From: Patescibacteria group bacterium
Lineage (GTDB): Bacteria; Patescibacteriota; JABMPQ01; JAHIRA01
Length of the DNA: 64,000 nucleotides
Assembly (NCBI GenBank): GCA_018818205.1
Contig: JAHISJ010000012.1
Location: 21,523 to 85,522 of the forward strand
Direction: 5' to 3'
This document shows positions 9,694 through 18,125 of the stretch, in pieces. Positions within the stretch are counted from its first letter, which is position 1, and each line of letters opens with the position of its first letter. The translations under genes and the position numbers were made by a program. The notes beneath the pieces were generated by a model, which was not told the DNA's origin, did not search any database, and saw only the letters and a program-made list of their open reading frames with translations.

Positions 9694-10163
9694 ATGATAA
9701 GAATAACCAAAACAAAAAAAGAAGACCTAGAACAAATCCGCCGCCTTTTCAATGAATATGATTATGATATTGAAAAACACTTCCCCAAAGATCATTAAAG
9801 CTATTGCAACGATTAAACCCTGAGCATAGTGACAATCCAAAACGACGGAAAAACATTCTTCAAGCGATTACTGATAATAAACAAATGTTTCTTGTTGCCA
9901 AAGAACACGAAACTATAATTGGCTGTGTAATTGGGTGGATAGAGCCACTAAAAAATGTAGGGAAATTTGATCAGCTGATTCTATCTAGCCAATCTAAGAA
10001 AAAGGATGCTTTAAATCAACTGTACAATGAGTTAGAAAAATGGTTTAAAACCAAAAAATGTCCTTATGTAATTGTAGACGTGGTTACAAAGAATCCACGC
10101 AAAGAATTATACAAAGAATTTGGCTTTGATACAGTCCTTGAGGAAATGAGAAAAATCATCTAA
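9694..10163 (+). pseudogene. Cassette 4: frameshifted GNAT acetyltransferase
   Basis: The ATG-9694 frame (MIRITKTKKEDLEQIRRLF...) stops at TAA 9796; the GNAT body (FLVAKE..IIGCV...ELYKEFGF) continues in another frame. Confidence 0.7.
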
Positions 10164-10167
10164 AAAT

Positions 10168-11190
10168 TTACATCGTACAACTAACTATATCTCCATCAAC
10201 CCCTTTTCCGTGGACAACTAGCTCAAGACTCTGAGCTAGTTTTCTTTTCTTTGAAAGAGGAGTCCCTCTGGTCCAAACAGCATGTATAACGTGAGCCATT
10301 TTATTCATAGTGGCAACTAGAGCAACACGGTAAGGCTTGCCTTCGGAGATCTTCTTTTGGAAGAAATCTTGAAAAAGATTAGGTCTTTGCACCGCTACGG
10401 AAGCGGCGTTGTAGAGTCTGGTTCTTAAGATCTTATTGCCTCTTTTAGTAATGTAGCTTTTGCCTTTGACGCTGGTCCCACTCTCGTGGACCCTGGGGTC
10501 TATTCCTACGTAGGCGGTAAGTTTCTTTGCTTTTTTGAAGCGATCGATGCTACCTAATTCCGAAATGAAGCTGATGGCGGTGATAGGACCAACTCCGGGG
10601 ATGGTCCTTAAAAGCGCTTGCTCCTCTTTTCTGTATTCTTTGAGTTTCTTCTCCAGCTCTTTAATCTTTTGGGTTAACGTTTCGTTAACCTCTTGATAGA
10701 CGGAGTTGATCTTCCTTTTAAGGCATTCTTCCTTGTTAACTATCTCATTTTGCTGCAATCTCAGTTTAAGCTTAATAGCGCTGAGATTGTCCCTTTGTCT
10801 AACAAGGCTTTTTAGGACAACTGAATCGGTTGTTTCACTGAATTCGTAACCCGTTCCGGTTGTCAGACAATACCTAATTAAAAGAGCGTCTTTCTTATCG
10901 GTTTTTACGCTTCTAAGGCTTGTTTGGCTTTGTTTTTTGACTATCAGAGGGTTCATGACATTGATTTTGTAGCCACTTTTTTTGCAATCAAAACAAAGTC
11001 TTAAATGATAGCCTCCCGTTGATTCCACGCCAAGAAGAGTTTCTTGTTTTTGATAGTTATTCTTTTTAAGAACGGTTAAGAAGTTTCCAATGCCTTGATT
11101 GTTGTTTAGAAATTTTCTTGGCTCTGAGGCTTCATTAAAACATGCCCAAAAGTCCGCTTTAGCCATATCAATACCTACATATTTATTCAT
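10168..11190 (-). CDS. IS110 family transposase / bridge recombinase
   Basis: DEDD residues (GIDMAK, GVESTG, KTDKKDA), TIPGVG, HESG serine motif, ITKRGN. The ORF ends in flanking target DNA. Confidence 0.95.
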   Translation of the reverse strand: MNKYVGIDMAKADFWACFNEASEPRKFLNNNQGIGNFLTVLKKNNYQKQETLLGVESTGGYHLRLCFDCKKSGYKINVMNPLIVKKQSQTSLRSVKTDKKDALLIRYCLTTGTGYEFSETTDSVVLKSLVRQRDNLSAIKLKLRLQQNEIVNKEECLKRKINSVYQEVNETLTQKIKELEKKLKEYRKEEQALLRTIPGVGPITAISFISELGSIDRFKKAKKLTAYVGIDPRVHESGTSVKGKSYITKRGNKILRTRLYNAASVAVQRPNLFQDFFQKKISEGKPYRVALVATMNKMAHVIHAVWTRGTPLSKKRKLAQSLELVVHGKGVDGDIVSCTM

Positions 11191-11483
11191 ATGTTTGTTT
11201 TTAGTTTTACATTTCTACTTACCTAAGATAAAATGTACAAAGAGAAAAAGAAGAAAGAAAAGAAAGAAGAAAAAGAGAAAAAAGTGAGCAGGTGGTCACC
11301 ACCTTTTAAAAGCTAAAGCAGGTTCGTGTGTTATCCGGGGCTACGTCCCCAACTAGCTTATTCGCTTATTAAGGCTTTTAAAGGAGGCTGCACGTTAGGC
11401 GACGGGACTAAAATCCCAACAGCGAATTCGCAGAGCCTCACTTGATAAAAGCATACCAGATGGTATGCTTTTATTATACGAAC
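10179..11483 (-). mobile_element. IS110-family element inserted in the R'' box of attC4
   Basis: AAC core at both ends (10179-10181, 11481-11483). Removing the element restores GTACAAC-AGCGTATATGAG...CTCATACACGC-ATTGTGC. No terminal IRs; long non-coding end upstream of the transposase. Confidence 0.92.
11290..11470 (-). ncRNA. Predicted IS110 bridge RNA
   Basis: 5' hairpin, target-binding loop (CGCTGTT-hairpin-GTCGCCTAAC) and donor-binding loop (AGCTAGTT-hairpin-ACACGAAC), each closed by a stem. Guides match the insertion target and the circle junction. Confidence 0.8.
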
Positions 11484-11618
11484 AGCGTATATGAGGTTCA
11501 AGAAAAAGTGCGTTAATAATTTTCAAAGGTTGCACTTTTTCTTTCACCCAAATTTCGCCTCCTCTATAATAAATCATAAGGAAGTCGGCGAAACTTCTCA
11601 TACACGCATACATTGTGC
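11481..11618 (+). repeat. attC4 (distal part; R'' at 10175-10181 is separated by the IS110)
   Basis: AGCGTATATGAG/CTCATACACGC arms with two internal hairpins; R' is ATTGTGC (non-canonical first base). Confidence 0.75.
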
Positions 11619-11767
11619 GAAATAAATTTTTTATCTTGGTGGTAATTTAAAGATTTTGTGATTTAAACAGGGACAGAAAATTTGATTTTTAATTCATTTA
11701 TATAGGGGTAAAAAGGTGTTTTCTCCGCTAGGGTTGCGAAAACGATTTATCTACTAATATATTCTAT

Positions 11768-13270
11768 ATGACAAAATACGATGCAATCATAATCGGCGCT
11801 GGTCTAGGTGGACTGGTTGCCGGGGCTAAGTTAGCCAAGGAGGGCAAAAAGATTTTATTAATCGAGCAACATAATATTCCAGGCGGGTGTGCTACCAACT
11901 TTAAACGTGTTGGTTCCAGTATGGATGTTGGACTGCATGCCCTAGACGGCATGGATGATGGTGATTTGAAAAAAGAAATTTTTGATGAGTTGAAAGTTTT
12001 TGGAAATGTGGAGTTTGCTAAATTGCCGGAATTTTATCGATTTGTAAATGAGCGATTCGATATTGTAATCCCAGATAATTACAAGGAGGCAGAAAAAATA
12101 TTGATAAGTAATTTTCCAAAAGAAAAAAGTGGTATAAAGAAATTTTTTAGTACAATCTTGAATTATCGTAAAGAATTAAAAAGAATGCCAACAACTGGCA
12201 TTAAACTGTATTTGCAATTGCCGTTATTCCCTCTGTTGTATCCCGGAATTGTTTTAACGATGAAAAAAACGGTTGAGCAATTCTTGGATGAAATCACCAA
12301 AAATGATGATTTAAAATTAATTTTGGCTGCGAATATCGGGTATTATCATGACAATCCAACAACTATGGCTTATTCATATTTTGCCATAGCGCAGGCAAGT
12401 TATTATTCGGGTGGTGGCCATTATGTCAAGGGTGGATCTCAAAAATTATCTGATTATTTCGCTAAATTTATCAAAGATAACGGCGGAGAAGTTTTATTGA
12501 GCCATAAGGTAATTAAAATTTTGACCGAAAACAATAAGGCGGTCGGAATTGAGTATAAAAAAATGTCAGGCGATGGCATTGATAGGGCGTATGGCATAAA
12601 TATAATCGCCAATGCAGCTATCCCGAATGTTGTTAATAATTTATTACCCAAAGAGCTTAATGCTGGAATGAAAACAAAAATAAATAAAATGGAAATAGCC
12701 CATTCTATTTTATCAATATATCTATTTTTTAAAAAACCGGTCAAAGAATTGGGTAATAAATATTACTCGACATTTGTCGCCAATCCAAATGTGTACACCT
12801 TGAAAGATGTAAATTTTCACGTTGACCACAAAGATAGAGGATTTACTTTTGTTGATTACAGTCAGATTGATTCACAATTAGCGGCACCAGGAAAAGGAGT
12901 GGGAGTTATTACTACGTTAGATTATCTTGATCAGTGGAAAGAATTAAGCGAAACAGGATACAAAAATAAAAAAAATGAAGTCGCTCAAATATACATTAAG
13001 AGATTAAATAAGCTGATTCCTGGCATTAAAGATCAAATTGAATATTATGAAGTTGGTACGCCAAAAACGATTGAGCGCTATACCATGAATCCCCAAGGAG
13101 CAGTTTATGGGTTTGCTCAAATACCTAGTCAGGCCGGCATAAAAAGAATGTCGCAAAAATCATCAATTGAGAATCTTTACTTTGCTTCGGCTTGGACTAT
13201 GCCAGGTGGCGGTTTCACTGGCGCAATGCTAAGTGGTTGGTTTTGTGCGAATAAAATTCTAAAACAATAA
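11768..13270 (+). CDS. Cassette 5: FAD-dependent oxidoreductase, phytoene desaturase/retinol saturase family
   Basis: IIGAGLGGL, GGCATNF, GGSQKLS, GTPKTIERYT, ENLYFASAW..PGGGFTGA. Confidence 0.88.
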   Translation: MTKYDAIIIGAGLGGLVAGAKLAKEGKKILLIEQHNIPGGCATNFKRVGSSMDVGLHALDGMDDGDLKKEIFDELKVFGNVEFAKLPEFYRFVNERFDIVIPDNYKEAEKILISNFPKEKSGIKKFFSTILNYRKELKRMPTTGIKLYLQLPLFPLLYPGIVLTMKKTVEQFLDEITKNDDLKLILAANIGYYHDNPTTMAYSYFAIAQASYYSGGGHYVKGGSQKLSDYFAKFIKDNGGEVLLSHKVIKILTENNKAVGIEYKKMSGDGIDRAYGINIIANAAIPNVVNNLLPKELNAGMKTKINKMEIAHSILSIYLFFKKPVKELGNKYYSTFVANPNVYTLKDVNFHVDHKDRGFTFVDYSQIDSQLAAPGKGVGVITTLDYLDQWKELSETGYKNKKNEVAQIYIKRLNKLIPGIKDQIEYYEVGTPKTIERYTMNPQGAVYGFAQIPSQAGIKRMSQKSSIENLYFASAWTMPGGGFTGAMLSGWFCANKILKQ

Positions 13271-13393
13271 GGAGTTTTGAATTTTGGGCATTCACCCCTG
13301 ACCCCTCTGCCCAAAATCCAAAAAGAAAAAGAAATTTGAAATTTTTTTAAAACATGTTTTCTTATCAGAAAACAAAAGAATAAGGGATACATC

Positions 13394-13481
13394 AGCTAAC
13401 ACGGCATATCTGGTTACGGTTCGCCTCCGGCGAGCCTCTACCCAAATTGCTACGCAACTTCAGATATGAATAACATTGTAG
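13394..13481 (+). repeat. attC5
   Basis: R'' AGCTAAC, CATATCTG/CAGATATG arms, R' ATTGTAG. Confidence 0.8.
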
Positions 13482-13556
13482 GAAATAAGCAAACCTTTTA
13501 AGTTATTTTGAAAATGGTATAATTTTAATGAATACTAGAAATTACTAGAAATTTAT

Positions 13557-14645
13557 ATGAAAGCATTCGTACCTCACTCATTACCACTAAAGAATCTAGA
13601 CTGGACACAGTTTGTCCACCTTATTGGAAAGGCTAATGCAGATGTAGCACGATTCGATGGATTACTACAGAGTATGCAAAATCCAGTCGTTCTACTTTCC
13701 CCACTTACCACACAAGAAGCTGTTCTTTCTTCTAAAATTGAAGGTACTCAAGCTACCCTAGAGGAAGTACTTGAATTTGAGGCAGACCCTAAAAAGAGAA
13801 CTAAAAAATATGATGACATACAAGAAATTCTGAATTACAGAAAGGCAATGCGTTTCTCTGTAAAAGAATTAGACAAGAAACCCTTGTGTATCAATTTGCT
13901 AAAGAGCATTCACGCTATTCTGCTAGACAGTGTTCGTGGTAAAAATCGAGATCCTGGAAATTTCAGAAAAAGCCAGGTTTATATTGGTAAACCTGGTGCT
14001 GGACTAGAAGCTGCTACTTACATTCCACCGGAACCACACAGAGTTTTAGACAATTTATCAAGCCTAGAAAAATATATTAATTCTGACGAAAAAGATGTTC
14101 TTGTTCAACTTGCAATTATCCATGCACAATTTGAAATCATTCATCCATTCCTTGATGGTAATGGTCGTATGGGTAGAATTCTGATGCCATTATTTTTATA
14201 TAGCAAAAAGGCGTTATCCTCACCAATGTTATACCTGAGCGCTTATTTCGAAAGAAATCGTGATGATTACTATGATAGACTCTCTGGAATTTCTAAAGAA
14301 AATGCTTGGGAAGAGTGGATTATTTATTTTCTTAATGCCGTCATTGAACAGTCTCAGATTAATATCAAAAAAGCGAAATCTATACATGAATTATACGATC
14401 ATAAAAAAATAAAAATTGTTGACTTGACACATTCGCAATTTGCAATAAAGACTTTGGACTTTATTTTCTCTTTTCCAATTTTCAACAGCTCTCAATTTGT
14501 AAAGAAATCTAGAATTCCAAGGGCAAGTGCTGCAAGAATTCTTGGCATATTAGAGAGAGGAGGGGTAATCAATGTGGCAGAAAAGGGCTCAGGGAAAAGG
14601 CCCACAATTTATACTTTTCCAAAATTATTAAGCATTACCGGATAA
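13557..14645 (+). CDS. Cassette 6: Fic family protein with C-terminal HTH
   Basis: SSKIEGT inhibitory motif and HPFLDGNGRMGR Fic motif. Confidence 0.93.
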   Translation: MKAFVPHSLPLKNLDWTQFVHLIGKANADVARFDGLLQSMQNPVVLLSPLTTQEAVLSSKIEGTQATLEEVLEFEADPKKRTKKYDDIQEILNYRKAMRFSVKELDKKPLCINLLKSIHAILLDSVRGKNRDPGNFRKSQVYIGKPGAGLEAATYIPPEPHRVLDNLSSLEKYINSDEKDVLVQLAIIHAQFEIIHPFLDGNGRMGRILMPLFLYSKKALSSPMLYLSAYFERNRDDYYDRLSGISKENAWEEWIIYFLNAVIEQSQINIKKAKSIHELYDHKKIKIVDLTHSQFAIKTLDFIFSFPIFNSSQFVKKSRIPRASAARILGILERGGVINVAEKGSGKRPTIYTFPKLLSITG

Positions 14646-14754
14646 TTTCTTGTATCTCATGTAATATGCATAATGTTTTTAGTGTCTCATATAATTTAAA
14701 ATGTAAGACATAAAATTTCTAGTGTCTCATTTGATAAAAAGGTTTGCATGCTAC

Positions 14755-14902
14755 CTACAACAGCAACTGTAAGGTAAAAAAATGGCGCCTATTTGATTCG
14801 CTGACGCTTTAGATAGAGTCGCCATTTTTTTACCCAAATTTTGCACTTTATTGATATTAAATAGCGGATGTGCAAAACTTCTTACAGTCGCAAACGTTAG
14901 GC
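14755..14902 (+). repeat. attC6 (long, branched)
   Basis: R'' CTACAAC, ACTGTAAG/CTTACAGT arms, two internal hairpins, R' GTTAGGC. Confidence 0.85.
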
Positions 14903-15026
14903 GAAAGTACATTTTTTTATGCCTTTCTAGTCAACTTTCTTGAAGTGAAAAATGTGCAAATTTGGAGGGTTTGATTGATTCAAAGCAAATTCTTTATAAT
15001 GAGGCCGGTACCGTAACAAAATATTT

Positions 15027-15530
15027 ATGAATAAATCTGAAAAATCAAAGAATCCAAATTCATTCGAAAAACTCCCACGATCCAAGAGGCCTGCAGAAGC
15101 TTATGACGGTTCCCAAAGTCCAGAAGAGATTGGACAAAAAAGCAAATTAGAATCCGTACGACAAGCTGAAGAGAAAGAAAGAAAATTTGCTATTCGCGAG
15201 GGTCTTTACAAGGATGAAAATGCTCCTGATCATGTTAATTGTTTTGGTTATGTTTTTTATAAGCTAGGCTTAGATCCAGAAGAGGCTGGATTAGGAAGTG
15301 ATATAGAAAAATATCTTGAAACTGTTCAGAGCATTGAAGAAGCAGATGCTATTGCGTTTCGAAGTTTAGCCGACAGGACTATTCATCATATGACTTATGT
15401 CGGTCCCAATTCTACAATTTCTGACAAAGGCAATGTGGGCTGGTCAACAGAAAAAACATCCTTTGATGAGTTAAGAAAAAAATACACACAGGATAAGTAC
15501 GAAACAATCTTTCTTAAACTGAAAAATTGA
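15027..15530 (+). CDS. Cassette 7: hypothetical protein (possible papain-like Cys/His fold)
   Basis: 167 aa; NCFGYV...IHHMTYV; has its own TTGATT/TATAAT promoter at 14971-15000. Confidence 0.55.
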   Translation: MNKSEKSKNPNSFEKLPRSKRPAEAYDGSQSPEEIGQKSKLESVRQAEEKERKFAIREGLYKDENAPDHVNCFGYVFYKLGLDPEEAGLGSDIEKYLETVQSIEEADAIAFRSLADRTIHHMTYVGPNSTISDKGNVGWSTEKTSFDELRKKYTQDKYETIFLKLKN

Positions 15531-15572
15531 ATAAAGTCCTAGATAATAGGAATTGGCTCTTCTTTTCAATCC

Positions 15573-15601
15573 TTGACATCTCAAGTCCTCCATGTTATAA
15601 T
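15573..15601 (+). promoter_or_regulatory. Consensus sigma70 promoter at the 3' end of cassette 7, reading into downstream cassettes
   Basis: TTGACA-N17-TATAAT with an extended TG. Confidence 0.85.
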
Positions 15602-15633
15602 ACTGACTAAATCTGTCTCTATTTTTAAACTTC

Positions 15634-15699
15634 GCCTAACAGAGAGTATCAGAAATTCATCTCCACTCCGTTCCGATAAACTTCTGATACTCTCGAACG
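15634..15699 (+). repeat. attC7 (interrupted at R' by IS4; R' GTTATCG at 17034-17040)
   Basis: R'' GCCTAAC, GAGAGTATCAGAA/TTCTGATACTCTC arms, ends GAACG, then the IS begins. Confidence 0.85.
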
Positions 15700-17025
15700 C
15701 ACTAGTGTTGCGTCAAAACTCCCCCGGTTTAAGCCGTTTTTGATGATTATTCTCTAGAGTTTGTAATCCAGATTGTGCAATTAGTGTAGTTAAAGGGGTT
15801 TTCTCAAATTGAGAGACCTGTAAAATTTGTAGAATTTCGTAGAGATTTCGTTTGATCTTTAGTTTCTTTTTCATAATAGCTACTAGAAGAAAGGTGGATA
15901 TTGCAATGCAAATTTGTGTTTTTACTGCATTGAACGAATAGCCCCAGAAGACTTGAATTTTAAGATGCTGCTTTATCCATTTGAAAAAGAGTTCTATCTG
16001 CCAACGATGTTTGTAAAGGTTGGCTATGGTTTTAGCCGGTATGTTGAAATTGTTAGTAAGATAAATATAGGATCTGTTTGTTTCCCGGTCAACGTATTTA
16101 ATACGTCTCAGTTTCTCCGGATAGTGCTTACGTGAATAAAAATGTTTTAGTTTAATTATTTGGTCGCATCTAAGTCCGGTGGCTTTATCTACTTTGTTTG
16201 AATAAATTCTTTTAAACGATAAGCTTTTTTTTGAGCGGACAATGAAAAACGCTTCATGCCGGTTAACAGTCATTAACCTTTTAAAATCGAGATAGCCTCG
16301 ATCCATAATATATATTGCGTCTTTTTCAAATTCGATATTGTCCAGGAAATTCACATCATGTGTTTTCGCTTTGGTTATGAGGAAAAATGAAGGAATGGTG
16401 CCTTTTAAATCAAGTTGCGTGTGAATCTTTACCGCTGATTTTTGAAGTTCAAAGTATGCCCACTTGAATGTTGCTAAACACAGATCTATTACCGTTGAAT
16501 CAAGAGCATAGACAGAATTTTCAAGCTCGATTGAAAACTCATTGTCATAAAGGTACAGACGACGTGTGATGCCAATGAGATACTCGGTAAAATCACGATG
16601 AATTCTCCAGTCACGAAATTGGTTAGCACGCGATAATGTGGAAAGGACGAATTTCCTTGCCCTAAAGCCTAGATGATACAGTTGGTTGGGATGGGCATTC
16701 AAACACAGAACTATTCCACGCAGACTTTTTAAAGCAGTTAGTTGTCCAAACATCAATGAGAGGAATTGGTCGCGGCAAGTTAGATTATATATATTTTTGT
16801 TTCCATTGTATCTCTCAACACATTTTTCAAATTCGTACCCGGAAACATATTCTACAACTTGAGAAAAGATATATTTTTCCTTGTTCATAGATAATTAGCA
16901 AATTAATTGAAAAACACGCTAATTATCCCATTCCAAGTTCAAATCGTAAAATTGTAAAATAGCTGGATTTGATGTAGTGTTAGGTAAAATACTTGATACT
17001 ATTCGTGGAAGACGCAACGCTAGTG
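15700..17025 (-). mobile_element. IS4-family insertion sequence
   Basis: 15 bp terminal IRs CACTAGTGTTGCGTC / GACGCAACGCTAGTG (1 mismatch); imperfect 9 bp flanks TCTCGAACG / ACTGGAACG. Confidence 0.92.
15713..16888 (-). CDS. IS4 family DDE transposase (DUF4372-type N-terminus)
   Basis: ALDSTVIDL, IMDRGY, LYKHRWQIELFFKWIKQHL. Confidence 0.95.
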   Translation of the reverse strand: MNKEKYIFSQVVEYVSGYEFEKCVERYNGNKNIYNLTCRDQFLSLMFGQLTALKSLRGIVLCLNAHPNQLYHLGFRARKFVLSTLSRANQFRDWRIHRDFTEYLIGITRRLYLYDNEFSIELENSVYALDSTVIDLCLATFKWAYFELQKSAVKIHTQLDLKGTIPSFFLITKAKTHDVNFLDNIEFEKDAIYIMDRGYLDFKRLMTVNRHEAFFIVRSKKSLSFKRIYSNKVDKATGLRCDQIIKLKHFYSRKHYPEKLRRIKYVDRETNRSYIYLTNNFNIPAKTIANLYKHRWQIELFFKWIKQHLKIQVFWGYSFNAVKTQICIAISTFLLVAIMKKKLKIKRNLYEILQILQVSQFEKTPLTTLIAQSGLQTLENNHQKRLKPGEF

Positions 17026-17057
17026 ACTGGAACGTTATCGGAAATAAATTCTAGCCT

Positions 17058-17402
17058 ATGAGTAAAAAAACAAGCTTTTCGTTCAAAAGAGATAAATATA
17101 AGGCTACTAGGGGCGGTCATTCGCGATTATTAAATGTTTGCTGTCGTAAGTGCGAGAATATTGTTGCCGTTTATCAAAAAGATGGTCCAGGCGATTTGCG
17201 ACGTATGTACATGGACAGAATTTTCGCTCCTGCGGAGTTAACAGACTTACAGGATTTAAGCATAAAAGACGCTCCCATGTTAAAATGTAAAAAATGTGGT
17301 GAAGTGCTTGGAACGCCTTATATTTATCCAAAGGAAAAACGAAAAGCTTTTCGGCTTTATCAAGACGCAGTTATTAAGCGACTAAGAAAGTTAAGCGAAT
17401 AA
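17058..17402 (+). CDS. Cassette 8: small basic Zn-binding hypothetical protein
   Basis: CRKC...YQKDGPG...CKKC. Confidence 0.75.
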   Translation: MSKKTSFSFKRDKYKATRGGHSRLLNVCCRKCENIVAVYQKDGPGDLRRMYMDRIFAPAELTDLQDLSIKDAPMLKCKKCGEVLGTPYIYPKEKRKAFRLYQDAVIKRLRKLSE

Positions 17403-17425
17403 CCACGACGGCTAGAATTTACATC

Positions 17426-17503
17426 CGATAACACGGCATATCCGGTTCCGCTTCGCTACACCCCAATTGCTACGCAACTTCGGATGATCCGCAAACGTTA
17501 GAA
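17426..17503 (+). repeat. attC8
   Basis: R'' CGATAAC, R' GTTAGAA; related to attC5. Confidence 0.85.
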
Positions 17504-17521
17504 GCAATAAAATTTGAAAAC

Positions 17522-17920
17522 ATGAAAAGCTATACACTTGTAACAGCAGCATTGATTCTCGACAACGATGAGAAAAATATTTTACTAGTACTAAATAAAA
17601 AGGATCCAACAAACACACAGCATGGATTCCCTGGAGGAATTGGTGGTTTCGAAAAATACGACGATCCAGCCCAAGCAGTAAAAGAAGAAGTACGTGGAGA
17701 CACAGGGTGTATATTTGAGGGTGAATTTTACACATATCGATTCCGAATGGACGATATACCAACCATAACACTCTTCTTTGTAGGAAAGATTACTGGTCAG
17801 CCTCGGCCAGTATGCAAAAATATCAAGGACGTAAAATATTTTCCTCTAGAAAATGCAACGAAAATGAAATTAATGTATGAAGGAAACAATGTGCTTGAAC
17901 AATACATAGACAGACAATAG
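17522..17920 (+). CDS. Cassette 9: NUDIX-fold hydrolase (divergent box)
   Basis: ILLV...GFPGG...DPAQAVKEEVRGDTG. Confidence 0.7.
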   Translation: MKSYTLVTAALILDNDEKNILLVLNKKDPTNTQHGFPGGIGGFEKYDDPAQAVKEEVRGDTGCIFEGEFYTYRFRMDDIPTITLFFVGKITGQPRPVCKNIKDVKYFPLENATKMKLMYEGNNVLEQYIDRQ

Positions 17921-17949
17921 GAAACTAATAAACATTCAAATTTTACAGC

Positions 17950-18087
17950 TTCTAACAAAGCATAAAAGGCGAAACGGTATGTGTGGAAAGTAAAAGAATT
18001 GACAGCATCGTTCGCCCAAATTTCGCACACCTCAATTGAAAGAATTCATAGAGTGTGCGAAACTTCTTCTACACTTGAACGTTGTAC
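17950..18087 (+). repeat. attC9
   Basis: R'' TTCTAAC, branched interior, R' GTTGTAC. Confidence 0.75.
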
Positions 18088-18125
18088 GCCATTCGCCTTA
18101 GCCCTAATGCCACTAAAAACGTTTT

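Noticed and set aside
11099-11287. Lys/Arg-rich 62 aa ORF
   Set aside because: It is a translation of the purine tract between the bridge RNA and the transposase start, and it overlaps the transposase antisense.
10179-11483. Assignment of the IS to the IS1111-attC subgroup
   Set aside because: No sub-terminal inverted repeats are visible and the long non-coding region is upstream of the transposase; phylogeny is needed to confirm.
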